From NCBI GenBank assembly GCA_963840455.1, contig CAWIYV010000013.1, positions 1 to 64,000 on the forward strand: a stretch of 64,000 nt of DNA, given 5' to 3'. The notes under the pieces were generated by a model. It saw nothing but the letters and a program-made list of their open reading frames with translations. It did not search any database and was not told the origin of the DNA. Shown here piece by piece: positions 29,958 to 40,170 of the stretch. Each line of letters begins with the position of its first letter. Within the stretch, counting starts at the first letter, position 1. The stretch is from Nitrospirota bacterium (lineage in GTDB: Bacteria; Nitrospirota; UBA9217). A program made the translations under genes and the position numbers.

Positions 29958-31112
29958 ATGATCATCCAAAAGACCTGTACGCCATCAAACCTCTTCTCCG
30001 GCGACCGCTTTTCCGTCACCTACCGCATCGCAGGCAGCGAGAAGGACGCCCGCGCCAAGGCTGACGACATCTGCATCGAGCAGACCGTGGAGTTCCCGGC
30101 CGATGAAGTTCCTGCCGGTATCATCCGCGACCATGTGTTCGGCAGGATCGAGTCCTTCACGCACGCGGGCAGGGGACACTACGACGCGGTCATCAGCTAT
30201 GCCGTGGAGATCGCGGCGGGCGAGCTGACGCAGCTCCTGAACGTCATCTTCGGGAACAGCAGCATCAAGCCCGGCATTCGGGTCGAGCAACTCAACCTGC
30301 CCGAGTCCCTTCTTCGCACGTTCAAGGGCCCGCGCTTCGGCAGGGAGGGCATCCGGAATCTCTTAAAGGTCCCGAGGCGGCCGCTCCTCTCAACAGCGCT
30401 CAAGCCCATGGGGCTCTCATCGCAAGAACTGGCTGACCTGGCCCGGCAGTTCGTGCTGGGTGGCATGGACATGATCAAGGACGACCACAGCCTGACCGAC
30501 CAGTCCTGTTCGCCCTTCGAAGAGCGGGTGAGTCTCTGCGCGGAAGCCATCAACAAGGCGAGCAAAGAGACGGGTCTTCCTTCTATATATATAGCGAATA
30601 TCACGGCGCCGAATAGAGAGGTCGCCAGGCGTGCCCGGTTCGCGAAGGCAGCGGGCGCTGGTGGCATCATGGTAGCGCCGGGCATCATCGGTCTGGACCT
30701 GATGCGGGAGCTCGCAGACGACGACAGCATCGGCCTGCCCATCCTGTCGCACCCGGCGCTCCAGGGAAGCTTCGTGACCGGCCAGGGCGGCATATCACAC
30801 GGAGTCATCTTTGGTCAGCTCGCGCGGCTCGCCGGCGCTGACGCTACCATCTTCCCGAATTTCGGCGGCAGGTTCTCTTTCAGTCGCGAGGAATGCAGGG
30901 ACATCGCGGAGGAGACGTCCCTCCCCATGGGACACGTGAAGACCATTTTCCCGGCTCCGGGCGGCGGCATGAGCCTGGCCCGGGTGCCCGAGATGCTCGA
31001 GACCTATGGCCGCGACCTGATCTTCCTGATCGGCGGCGGGCTTTTCAAGCACGGCCCGGACTTGATCGAGAACTGCAGGTTTTTCCGGAAAATGGTGGAA
31101 CAGTACGGGTGA
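29958..31112 (+). CDS. RuBisCO-like protein (form IV, KDDH type)
   Basis: EQTVE, FKGP.FG, LKPMGL, GGMDMIKDDH, GRF and PGGG motifs; lacks the canonical KDDE. Confidence 0.9.
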   Translation: MIIQKTCTPSNLFSGDRFSVTYRIAGSEKDARAKADDICIEQTVEFPADEVPAGIIRDHVFGRIESFTHAGRGHYDAVISYAVEIAAGELTQLLNVIFGNSSIKPGIRVEQLNLPESLLRTFKGPRFGREGIRNLLKVPRRPLLSTALKPMGLSSQELADLARQFVLGGMDMIKDDHSLTDQSCSPFEERVSLCAEAINKASKETGLPSIYIANITAPNREVARRARFAKAAGAGGIMVAPGIIGLDLMRELADDDSIGLPILSHPALQGSFVTGQGGISHGVIFGQLARLAGADATIFPNFGGRFSFSREECRDIAEETSLPMGHVKTIFPAPGGGMSLARVPEMLETYGRDLIFLIGGGLFKHGPDLIENCRFFRKMVEQYG

Positions 31113-31139
31113 GCAGAACGAGGCAGGTCAAACCCTTTT

Positions 31140-31292
31140 ACCACAGAGGACACAGAGAGAAGAGGAAGTTCAATTCTTGGTCTCAGTTGAAAAGAATTCA
31201 CCACGAAGACGCTAAGACACAAAGAAAGGCAGATGACAAAGGTTAATGTTCGGAGGCAGTGCGATTCCTTCGTGCCTTCGTGTCTTTGTGGT
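31140..31292. repeat. Cluster of REP-like 9-bp periodic units (CACAGAG; CACGAAG/CTTCGTG)
   Basis: accacagaggacacagag; accacgaagacgctaagacacaaag ... cttcgtgccttcgtgtctttgtggt. Confidence 0.7.
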
Positions 31293-31371
31293 TGAGCGGT
31301 TGTGATCTTCTTGCTATGGCGGCCGTTTGTCCTTCGCCATTCCAACCCCGTCGGTTTACCCCGTGGATTTG

Positions 31372-32199
31372 TTACTGAACAGTTAATCCACTTGGTGCGG
31401 CTGGTGCGGCTGGCGGAGTTGCTCCGCCACCACCCTCGGACGGAGCATAAGCCACCATTCCACAAGCAAAAAGGTCCGAGTTGAAGGTGAATGTACCTGC
31501 GTAGGTTCCTGCTGCTGCGGCGACCTTGTCTTCAACTCCTACTTTCTGATCCGGCTCGCTTCCTGTATTGGGATTGGTTCTCATGGTATATCCGGAACCG
31601 GGTGACCACCCCATGAAGTCACTGTCCGTCCTACAACCAACAACTATCAGACTATTGGGGATCGTGGTTGTAACAGACCCAGCACTCCCAGTTATAGGAG
31701 CACCGCCCGATGGATGAATTTCAGATTGCTTTGAAGTCCGATGAGCTGGAGAATTGGGCGCCACACCAGAGTATTCCAGAACCACCGCGCGAAGTGACCT
31801 GCTTTGGGGCGAAGTAATATAGATTGTCTTGCTTCCAGCAGAGACATTAGAAGCATGGAAAATGTCAAGAGAATCACCTGGATTCTGCGAAACGGTCGAA
31901 TGAATATCGTTGATCCAGGTTTCCCCGGTGCTGCTGGTGACTGCTGTGATTTCCGCAGCACTAAGGCTTGTTATAACAACCAAGAAGTTTCCAGCCTGAA
32001 CACCAGATATCGTGAGAACCCCCTGACCTTGCATTGGAGTATAAGTCTTACCATCTACCACCACACTAGGATCATTCGGACTGATCTTCCCAGCAACTCT
32101 GACAAAAGCTGGCGCAGCGTATACGGGGGTTGCGCTTGCTGCCGCCAAAGCAAATATGATTATTAAAAATATTATTTTTGTTTTTAAAAATTTGGCCAT
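31372..32199 (-). CDS. Hypothetical exported beta-rich protein (low GC)
   Basis: Signal peptide MAKFLKTKIIFLIIIFALAAASA; Ser/Thr/Gly-rich; ends PPAAPAAPSGLTVQ. Confidence 0.7.
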   Translation of the reverse strand: MAKFLKTKIIFLIIIFALAAASATPVYAAPAFVRVAGKISPNDPSVVVDGKTYTPMQGQGVLTISGVQAGNFLVVITSLSAAEITAVTSSTGETWINDIHSTVSQNPGDSLDIFHASNVSAGSKTIYITSPQSRSLRAVVLEYSGVAPNSPAHRTSKQSEIHPSGGAPITGSAGSVTTTIPNSLIVVGCRTDSDFMGWSPGSGYTMRTNPNTGSEPDQKVGVEDKVAAAAGTYAGTFTFNSDLFACGMVAYAPSEGGGGATPPAAPAAPSGLTVQ

Positions 32200-33163
32200 A
32201 ATGTTTTTTATTTCGCCGCCCTTCATCGGCGTCACCGTGCTCCAGAAGCTGATCCTGTCGCTGGACGGATTGATGTGACTGGAGGGATTATAGATAAGGA
32301 GCTGCAGACATGCAGTGATTCAGATCACAATGGAAGGGAATGGACATCATGATATACCAGGCGCCGTTCGGATCAGCATTGATACGCTCGAGATACGGTG
32401 CTTTCGCCGGGACCGAAAGCGCGAGCAGCTCCCCGACGACGACTGAAGCCAGAAAAACGTATATTCCTGAGCGTATGAACCTGTTCATCATGCGCCTCCC
32501 TTATCCGTGAATATTCCCGGTCCCACAGCAGCCGGACCCATCGTATCCACGTCTTCCACGAATGACTATGTTGCCTCGTCCGCAGAACGTCATGTCCGAT
32601 CGAACCTGGATCACATCGCATGGCACACCTCGCAGATCATTCCGCTGTTATGAGTGGAAGAACCTTCATGAGTCTTCTTCACTTTCACTATATATACAAG
32701 TACGATGCCAAACGCGGCCCTGCACGCTAAGTATCTGATGTGCAAAGGATAAGCAGCTGGCCGCCAGTATTGACGAGCATACTTGTTTGCGATGGAGTGC
32801 ATGCATTTCCCTACATTTTTATGAATGATCAGTGAGCGCGGGCTTGATTCTCCCAGTAAAAACAACGAGAAGTCTCCTGCAGGGATAATCATACATGTCC
32901 AAAAAGCTTCCGGGATCGGGTACTGAGGCGGGATATGTTCCAGAATTCTGCCGGGAGGATTTCGATCCTGTCAATGGGTCGCGATTCGATATCGCGATGG
33001 TAGCGCTTGGTTTCTGCCTGAAGGTGAAAAGGATTGACAGCCGTTGGACCTGTATTTATACTCGAAGCATGTTGCCGTCGTCATCGCGTCGGCAGCGCTC
33101 GGCAACAGGCTGCCTGGTCTACCGATGTTTACGGCGGATCGAGGACAAGATCTCCATGCCCCC

Positions 33164-34120
33164 ATGCCCTACACGATCCTGATAACCGGTCTCGGCGCGC
33201 TCGGAACGGTCTTCGCAACGTTCCTGAAAGAAGCGGGCCATGCGGTCCACGCCCTCACGCGGGAAAAGTACCTTTCGGCGCTCGCTGACCGGAAACTCCG
33301 CGTGACCGGCATCTGGGGCAGGCACGAGGCCGTTCTCGACGGCATCCATGGTTCCATCGACCCGCTCAGGCTCACCGCCTTCGACCTCATCATCCTCACG
33401 GTGAAGTCCTATGATACGGCTGCGGCCATCGAGCAGGTGAAGCCGCTCGTGGGCAAGGACACGCTGGTCATGGCAGCCCAGAACGGCTACGGGAATTATG
33501 AGACCGTTGCCGCGTCGATCGGCAAGGAGCACGCGCTTCTTGCTCGGGTCATATTCGGCGTGAAGCTTCCTGCTCCCGGGAGGGCCGAGGTCACGGTTAT
33601 AGCCGATGACGTCCGCATGGGCCAGCCGGAATGCGCGATCGCTCCCGGAAGGGTGAAAATGATCGCCGCAGCGATCAATGCGGCGGGCATACCGACGTCG
33701 TATGCGGAGAATGTTTCCGCCATACTGTGGGACAAGATACTCTATAATGCCGCGCTCAATCCGCTCGGCGCAGTGCTCGAGTGCACCTACGGCCAGCTCG
33801 CGGAGAACCCGGATACAAGACGTCTCATGGATCTGATCATCGACGAGGTCTTCCTGGTCGCGCAGGCGCATACTATCCCCCTGAACTGGAGAACGGCCGA
33901 AGAATACAAGACGCACTTTTACACCCGCCTTGTCCCGCCCACGGCAAAGCATTTCCCGTCCATGTACTACGATGTCAAGGCCGGCAAGCGGCTCGAGATC
34001 GATGCCCTGAACGGCGCCATTGTGCGGCTGGCAGGGGAGAAGGGGATCAGCGTGCCGGTGAACGAGACCATCACGCTGCTCATCAAGGCAAAAGAAGCTA
34101 TGGCGGTGATGGAAAAGTAA
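33164..34120 (+). CDS. panE: 2-dehydropantoate 2-reductase (ketopantoate reductase)
   Basis: GLGALG, VKSYDT, QNG, W.K...N...NP, SMYYD and EIDALNGAIV motifs. Confidence 0.85.
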   Translation: MPYTILITGLGALGTVFATFLKEAGHAVHALTREKYLSALADRKLRVTGIWGRHEAVLDGIHGSIDPLRLTAFDLIILTVKSYDTAAAIEQVKPLVGKDTLVMAAQNGYGNYETVAASIGKEHALLARVIFGVKLPAPGRAEVTVIADDVRMGQPECAIAPGRVKMIAAAINAAGIPTSYAENVSAILWDKILYNAALNPLGAVLECTYGQLAENPDTRRLMDLIIDEVFLVAQAHTIPLNWRTAEEYKTHFYTRLVPPTAKHFPSMYYDVKAGKRLEIDALNGAIVRLAGEKGISVPVNETITLLIKAKEAMAVMEK

Positions 34121-34149
34121 AGTTATTCCCCTGAACTTCTGCAACGATT

Positions 34150-34329
34150 CTTTTGTCACCTTTCTTGCTTGCCCGAAGAAAGGTGACCCAAAGAAGAGCA
34201 CCCGGCGAAAATCCTTTACGGCATGCTCGGTCGTCCTCGGTACATTTTAGAAACTCGCCCTTCGGGCTCAGACAGTCTAAAATGTTTAACCCTCGGACTC
34301 GGTCGCCTGCCTAGATTTTCGCATGGGGA
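34150..34329. repeat. Palindromic module F
   Basis: GTCACCTTTCTT/AAGAAAGGTGAC hairpin, then nested GCGAAAATC/GATTTTCGC and ACATTTTAGA/TCTAAAATGT stems with an AACTCG-CCCTTCGGG-CTCAGACA apex. Confidence 0.75.
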
Positions 34330-34346
34330 CTGCTTAAGTCTTCGCC

Positions 34347-34531
34347 TTACTCAACCCCCGCACGTCTCCGGAGCGGACCTACGAAATTATTGGGCACCCG
34401 TCTTGGCCTAAGGAAGCGTCCCGACAGGGCGTCCGCGCATGTCCGAGGCCGCAGGCCGAGTTTGCGCGGGCGAGCGGACGTGGCCTTAGACGGGTCAATA
34501 ATTTCGTTCAGGACGCGAAGGGGATGTGCAA
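34347..34531 (-). repeat. Rod-like palindromic module D, copy 1
   Basis: Reverse complement matches 43705-43887 and 46214-46399. Confidence 0.9.
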
Positions 34532-34815
34532 AAAAAAGATCACAACGGCAGAGCGATGAGCTGCCCAAAAAAGAAAAAATCATGCATTTTTTCCGACGAC
34601 GATCGGGCATGTAAAGCAGGGCAGAGCACGGCGCTGCTCAATTAAAGAAGATCACGATCAGGCCAAAGGTCAAGCTGGCCCTCTAGGTTCACAGTTTCGA
34701 ATATCATTGACACCCGCCGTTCCTTTTGCTACTGTCATTACAGGGCCAATCAGCGAAGAGGGCGACCATGCCTTCACCCATCAGGCCCGATTTCCGTGAG
34801 CGAAAGGAGCTCCCC

Positions 34816-35730
34816 ATGAAACGTCGTACGATCGTCAGTATGGTACTGGCAAGTCTCGTTCTCTTCTCCCTGGCAGCAATGGCCCAGGCAGAGGGGCTGA
34901 AGCCCTTTGTGCTCGGAGCGGAGCCGCAGCAGACCGACCTGGAGCAGGCTGCCGTGGCGGTGAAGACCAGCCTGCAGGGCCAGGGCTTCGAGGTGGCAGG
35001 GAGCTATGCGCCTTACCCGAACGCCGTGGTGATCGTCGTGACCAGCGAGGCGCTCAAGGCCAACGCCGCAAAGAGCGACTTCGGCGGGTACGGCGCGGCC
35101 ATGCGCGTGGCCGTGACGAAGGTGAAGGACAAGCTCCAGGTCTCCTATACCAACCCTCCCTATTGGGCAGCTGCGTACCGGATGCAGGGGAACCTCGAGG
35201 ACGTGAAGACAAAGCTCGAGGCAGCTTTGGGGAAACAGAAGGAATACGGCTCCCAGGACGGGATCACGGAAAAGAAACTGCGCAAGTACAATTACATGAT
35301 GGGCATGGCCAAGTTCGATAGTCTCGGCGATCATGAGCTTGCTGCGTTCAAGACCTACCAGGAGGCGGTGAACGCCGTTGAAGCGGGCCTCGCCGCTGGC
35401 AAGGCAGGGGTGACCAAGGTGTATCGCATCGATGTTCCGGGCAAGGAAGAGACCGTCTTCGGCGTGGCCATCGCCAAGGGAAAGGGCGCGGACAAGTATG
35501 TCATGGACTACATCGACTTCGCCGACGTCAAGTCCACCGCCCATCTTCCTTACGAGATCCTGGTGTCGGGGAACAAGGTGTATCATCTCTTTGCCAAGTT
35601 CCGCATCGCCATCAGCTTCCCGGACCTCAGCATGATGGGCAGCAACAGCTTCATGTCCATCATGAGCGCGCCGGGCGCCATCAAGGACGCGCTCACCGAG
35701 ACCGTAACGCCGGCTGCCGAGAAGAAATAG
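34816..35730 (+). CDS. Exported conserved hypothetical protein (possibly tandem DUF302-like)
   Basis: Signal peptide, AAGGAG RBS, strongly biased codon use; family assignment is tentative. Confidence 0.7.
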   Translation: MKRRTIVSMVLASLVLFSLAAMAQAEGLKPFVLGAEPQQTDLEQAAVAVKTSLQGQGFEVAGSYAPYPNAVVIVVTSEALKANAAKSDFGGYGAAMRVAVTKVKDKLQVSYTNPPYWAAAYRMQGNLEDVKTKLEAALGKQKEYGSQDGITEKKLRKYNYMMGMAKFDSLGDHELAAFKTYQEAVNAVEAGLAAGKAGVTKVYRIDVPGKEETVFGVAIAKGKGADKYVMDYIDFADVKSTAHLPYEILVSGNKVYHLFAKFRIAISFPDLSMMGSNSFMSIMSAPGAIKDALTETVTPAAEKK

Positions 35731-35820
35731 CCGGTTGTCTTCTTTCCGGGGTCATGGTCCCGGGCTGTCATTCGCGACAATGCGCCGGCTATGACCCCGT
35801 TCCTTTTTCAGCCGCATCGC

Positions 35821-35852
35821 CATTCCCCTCAGAAAGTTGCAGGGAGCTTTAA
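35821..35852 (+). mobile_element. Degenerate minimal copy of MITE family A
   Basis: CATTCCCCTCAG..TTGCAGGGAGCTTTAA resembles the 46-bp copy at 18580. Confidence 0.5.
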
Positions 35853-35915
35853 CGTTTTCGGGTAAACGCCGCTGCCGGCGGTCCTTGCGCGGAAACCGGC
35901 GGACACAGTGGCGCA

Positions 35916-36488
35916 TCATCTGCTCATCCGTTTCTCCCACCGTCCCAGGAAAGAGAACATACCTCCGGCGATGATGATCAACGCGATGATCACGACCCAA
36001 TGGTTCACGCCCAGCAGCCCCGGGACCGTGACCACTCCCATATCAGAGGAGAGGTAGAATCCTTCCAGCATCGGATAGAGGACCGCGAACAGGAGCGAAC
36101 CAGCGCTGACGCCGGCCATCGTGACCAGCGCGTCGAGCCTGCCTGACGCAAAGCCTGTAACGGCCGTGCCCGGACAGTAGCCGCTTACCACAAAACCCAC
36201 GCCGAAGATCAGTCCGCCCACGAGCTGCGGCCAGAAGAAGGTCGGGATGATATAGACCCGCCCAAGATCCATCAGGTGGAGGTCCGAGAGAAGGTAGATG
36301 CCTGTGGAGGCAACGACGATGGCCGTGAACATGACCTTCGGTACGGTAAAGTCCTGGAAATAGAAAACGCCGGTCAACTTGTGCGGGTTGCCGAGGCCGC
36401 TCCGTTCCAGGGAGAGGCCGAAGAAGATCCCGAACAGCAGGGCCAGCCCGAGGCCGGCGGCATCGCTCATTTCAAAGGGCGCAGTCAT
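35916..36488 (-). CDS. YeeE/YedE family sulfur-compound transporter
   Basis: GG.IFGVG....GYCPGT motif; multiple TM segments. Confidence 0.85.
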   Translation of the reverse strand: MTAPFEMSDAAGLGLALLFGIFFGLSLERSGLGNPHKLTGVFYFQDFTVPKVMFTAIVVASTGIYLLSDLHLMDLGRVYIIPTFFWPQLVGGLIFGVGFVVSGYCPGTAVTGFASGRLDALVTMAGVSAGSLLFAVLYPMLEGFYLSSDMGVVTVPGLLGVNHWVVIIALIIIAGGMFSFLGRWEKRMSR

Positions 36489-36994
36489 GACCAGTACCTC
36501 CTGAACAGCGCAGCGAAAAGGAAGCCGCTCACGAACATGGCGATCACGAAGACCCACCCCGCCAGTGCCAGCTGCGATCCGCCGGTCAGGGCAACGCCGC
36601 TCGTGCATCCGCGGGCAAGCCTCGCCGCGAAGCCGATCAGCATCCCCCCTCCGAAGGCCGTGAACACCCGCGTGCGAACGCTCATCGACGCGCTTTTATC
36701 GAACATAAGCCTGAAGTTCCGGCTGGCCAGAGCGCCTGCCAGACCACCCAGAAACACTCCGATGAGCAAAAAGAGGCCCCAATCCAGCAGCGGGTGAGGA
36801 AGGTCCAGATAGCGAGAAAAATACTTCAGGCTACCTGCATAATCGGGGGCCACGGCGTTCGTGCCCACGCCCGCGATGAGAGAAAAAGGGCCTGATGCGC
36901 CGAAGCCCCTGCCCGCTGCGTAGAACGATGCCAGCAGGCTTAAACCGAGGATGGTCCCCGTAACATAGGGCGACAAATAGGTTCCTTTTCTCAT
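36485..36994 (-). CDS. YeeE/YedE family sulfur-compound transporter
   Basis: GG.L.GF.ARLA.GCTSG motif; ATGA overlap with the next gene. Confidence 0.85.
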   Translation of the reverse strand: MRKGTYLSPYVTGTILGLSLLASFYAAGRGFGASGPFSLIAGVGTNAVAPDYAGSLKYFSRYLDLPHPLLDWGLFLLIGVFLGGLAGALASRNFRLMFDKSASMSVRTRVFTAFGGGMLIGFAARLARGCTSGVALTGGSQLALAGWVFVIAMFVSGFLFAALFRRYWS

Positions 36995-37157
36995 CTCTTG
37001 CCTCCGTCTCTCTTCACCAAGCATGAAATAGAAGACCCAATTTCTCTTATATATATTCACGCTTCTCTTCTGTTTTGTCAATACCGGGAAAGGGGATCGG
37101 AACGGAATCGCCAGGAACGCGGGAGGGGCGCTGCGAAACAGGAGACAGGTCCTGAGC

Positions 37158-37838
37158 TCAAGGTCCTCGCTTTGTTGCCACATATACTACGTGCCGCAAA
37201 CCGCCACGGCCGGGCCGCAGGCGCTCTACGGTGAATCTGGCCGACGAGAGCCGCTTCTCGAACGCGGCATCGGGATTCTCCCCCCAAACAGCGAGGATCC
37301 CGCCCGGGGTGAGGGCGTGTGCGGTCGTCTGAAGCGCGAGGCTCCCGTAAAAGGGGTCATAGTGCTCATCCGTGTCCACGCCGGGGCCGACATAGAGGTC
37401 GATGATGATGGCGTCGTACCGCTCCGCGCCCTTGCGTGAGGCGCCGATGATCACGGCGGCTACATCATCCGTCTCGATCGAGACCCTCGGGTCGCTCGCC
37501 GCGCTCCTCGTCAGGTCCGCAAGAGGGCCGCAGCACCATTTCACCACGACAGGATTGAGCTCGGCCACGACGACCCGGGCGTCAGGCGGGAGGACATCGA
37601 GAGCGGCGCGCAGGGTGAACCCCATGCCCAGGCCGCCGATCAGCACGCGCGGCCGGGGGCGGTCAACTACCAGCCTGCAGGCGTGCTCGCCCAGGGTCAG
37701 CTCGGAACGGTTCGCGCTGCTGTTCATCAGCACGCGGCCGTTGACCAGGAGCAGAAAATCCCGTTCGCTCCGCTTGCGCAGTTCGAGGAAGTTCTCTCCC
37801 GTATCGATCTTGTCTATTGTCTGCCACGGCAGTGCCAT
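37158..37838 (-). CDS. Spermidine synthase-like SAM-dependent protein
   Basis: VLIGGLGMGFT, VVAEL, YDAIIIDLY.GP and PGG.LAVW motifs. Confidence 0.8.
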   Translation of the reverse strand: MALPWQTIDKIDTGENFLELRKRSERDFLLLVNGRVLMNSSANRSELTLGEHACRLVVDRPRPRVLIGGLGMGFTLRAALDVLPPDARVVVAELNPVVVKWCCGPLADLTRSAASDPRVSIETDDVAAVIIGASRKGAERYDAIIIDLYVGPGVDTDEHYDPFYGSLALQTTAHALTPGGILAVWGENPDAAFEKRLSSARFTVERLRPGRGGLRHVVYVATKRGP

Positions 37839-37883
37839 GCCCGAGTTCCTTCTCCCGATGATGCGGTCCTGGGTCGCTGTCCA

Positions 37884-37907
37884 GCAGCTTGCCACAGGGA
37901 GCTTCAA
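37884..37907 (+). mobile_element. Isolated right end of MITE family A
   Basis: GCAGCTTGCCACAGGGAGCTTCAA vs consensus GCAGCTTGCTGCAGGGAGCTTCAA, in intergenic DNA. Confidence 0.6.
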
Positions 37908-38005
37908 TGCGGCTATCAATCTACACCAGTCGGCAGGCGGACTCAAGCGGAAAGACCGCATTGCCATCTGCTTGACAGCGTATCGACCCCGTGGTACGTT
38001 GCTCA

Positions 38006-38890
38006 ATGGCCCCGATCCTTGAAGCACGCAGCATCGTGAAAACCTATCCCGGCGTCACAGCAGTTGACCGCGTGGACCTCGCGATCGAGGCGGGCGCCTG
38101 TTTCGGCCTGCTCGGGCCGAACGGCGCGGGCAAGACCACGCTCATCGAGATCATGGAAGGGATCAAGCGGGCCGATGCCGGGACGGCCTTGTACGAGGGC
38201 GCGCCCGTGGGCGCGAAGTTCCGCAGGGAAGCGGGCATCCAGTTCCAGGCCACGTCGCTCCAGGAGTTCCTGACGGTACGGGAGACCATTACCCTGTTCC
38301 GGGAACTCTATCCGAAGGCGATGGCGATGAGCGACCTGGTCAGGCTCCTGAGCCTCGACGAGTTCCTGGACCGGGACACGCGCAAGCTTTCCGGCGGCCA
38401 GCGCCAGCGGCTGTTGATGGCCCTGGCCCTGGTCAACGACCCGGTCGTGCTGTTCCTCGACGAGCCGACGACCGGGCTCGACCCCCAGGCGCGCAGGAAC
38501 TTCTGGGACCTCATCCGCATGATCAAGTCTCAGGGCAAGACCATCGTACTTACCACCCATTACATGGAAGAGGCTTACGAGCTGTGCGATGAGATCGCCA
38601 TCATGGACCGCGGGCGGTTCATCGCCCGGGGAACGCCTCAGCAGCTGCTGCGGGATCACTTTGGGACCGTGATCCTGCAGTTCCCGAAGGAGGACGTGGA
38701 GGGGCGGCTCGACGGTCTGCCGGATCCCGTGGTCCGCAGGGACGGCGAGATCGAGGTCAAGACGAACGACGTGGACCGGACCGTGAAGCAGCTGCTGGAG
38801 CGCGGCGTGCCGTTATCGCGGATGAAGATGCGGTCCTGGAACCTGGAGGACCTGTTCATCGCGCTGACGGGGAAGGGCCTGAGGGGATGA
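38006..38890 (+). CDS. ABC transporter ATP-binding protein (ABC-2 type)
   Basis: GPNGAGKT, LSGGQ, DEPT and TTHYMEEA motifs. Confidence 0.95.
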   Translation: MAPILEARSIVKTYPGVTAVDRVDLAIEAGACFGLLGPNGAGKTTLIEIMEGIKRADAGTALYEGAPVGAKFRREAGIQFQATSLQEFLTVRETITLFRELYPKAMAMSDLVRLLSLDEFLDRDTRKLSGGQRQRLLMALALVNDPVVLFLDEPTTGLDPQARRNFWDLIRMIKSQGKTIVLTTHYMEEAYELCDEIAIMDRGRFIARGTPQQLLRDHFGTVILQFPKEDVEGRLDGLPDPVVRRDGEIEVKTNDVDRTVKQLLERGVPLSRMKMRSWNLEDLFIALTGKGLRG

Positions 38891-39059
38891 AAGGACGGAC
38901 GCGGAGACACAGAGACTTTGAGATATGAGATACTAACAAGCGCATGAAATTCTTTGCTTCATCGAGGTTACTGAGGAAGTCTAAAAACCGCTTCTCATGG
39001 TCTTCCTCTGTGAACTCTGTGTTCTCTGTGGCAGATGTTGGCGTTATAGGAACGATACT

Positions 39060-40067
39060 ATGAAACGATTTCTCGCGGTCATGCATGCAAGGAACATGGA
39101 GTTCATCCGGGACAAGTCGTCCCTGGGCTGGAACATCCTGTTCCCGCTCCTGCTCGTGCTGGGGTTTGCCGTGGTGTTCTCGGGCGATGACAAGCCCCTG
39201 TACAAGGTCGGTGTTCTGGGCGATCCGGCGCGCCTGAGCTCCCGGGAAAGCCGGTTCTTCTCCACACGGTACATCCAGTTCATTCCCGTGACCGACCTGG
39301 ACAAGGGCATCGACAAAGTGGAGCACTTCCAGATCGACATGCTGGTCGACGTGCGTGAAGGCCGGCGGTACTGGGTGAACGGAACATCGCCCAACGGCTA
39401 CCTGCTCGAGCGCATCCTGGGCGGCGAACACGCAAATGAGTTCCAGCGGGTGGAGGTACGGGGCAGGAAGATCCGCTACGTGGACTGGGTCGTGCCGGGC
39501 GTGCTGGCCATGAACATGATGTTCAGTTGTCTCTTCGGCGTGGGATATGTGATCGTGCGGTACCGGAAGAACGGCTTTTTGAAACGGCTCAAGGCGACGC
39601 CGCTCAATCCCTTCGAGTTCCTGCTGGCCCAGATGACGTCGCGTCTGATCCTGATCCTGGCCATTACGGTCGCGGTCTATGCCGGCTGCAACTACTTCAT
39701 CCAGTTCGAGATGCGGGGAGCCTATGCCAGCCTCTTCCTCCTGACCGTGCTGGGAGCGGTCTGCCTGATCTCGTGCGGCCTGCTCGTCTCGGCGCGCCTT
39801 TCCAGCGAGGAGCTCGCCGGCGGCATCCTGAACCTGTTAACGTGGCCCATGATGCTGCTCTCCGGCGTGTGGTTCTCCCTGGAAGGCACGAACCCGGTCA
39901 TTCAGAGGATCGCCCAGTTCCTTCCGCTCACCCATATCGTGGACGGAGCGCGGGCGATCATGACCGAGGGTGCCGGGCTGGCCGAGATAGCGCCCCACCT
40001 TGTCGTGCTCTCGCTGATGAGTACGGTCTTTCTGGGAGTCGGCTCGCTGATCTTCCGGTGGGAATAG
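39060..40067 (+). CDS. ABC-2 type transporter permease
   Basis: YVDWVVPG.LAM and LKRLKATP motifs; six TM segments. Confidence 0.9.
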   Translation: MKRFLAVMHARNMEFIRDKSSLGWNILFPLLLVLGFAVVFSGDDKPLYKVGVLGDPARLSSRESRFFSTRYIQFIPVTDLDKGIDKVEHFQIDMLVDVREGRRYWVNGTSPNGYLLERILGGEHANEFQRVEVRGRKIRYVDWVVPGVLAMNMMFSCLFGVGYVIVRYRKNGFLKRLKATPLNPFEFLLAQMTSRLILILAITVAVYAGCNYFIQFEMRGAYASLFLLTVLGAVCLISCGLLVSARLSSEELAGGILNLLTWPMMLLSGVWFSLEGTNPVIQRIAQFLPLTHIVDGARAIMTEGAGLAEIAPHLVVLSLMSTVFLGVGSLIFRWE

Positions 40068-40170
40068 CAGGGGATGGGGGGCAGAAGACAGAATTAAGAA
40101 GGAAGAATCAGGAAAGGAGGCAGCAGGAAACAGGCGACTGCTCCCGCAGAGGACCAGGCGGACGAAAACC

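Noticed and set aside
29958-31112. CO2-fixing RuBisCO
   Set aside because: KDDH instead of KDDE, short length, and no cbbS or prk nearby
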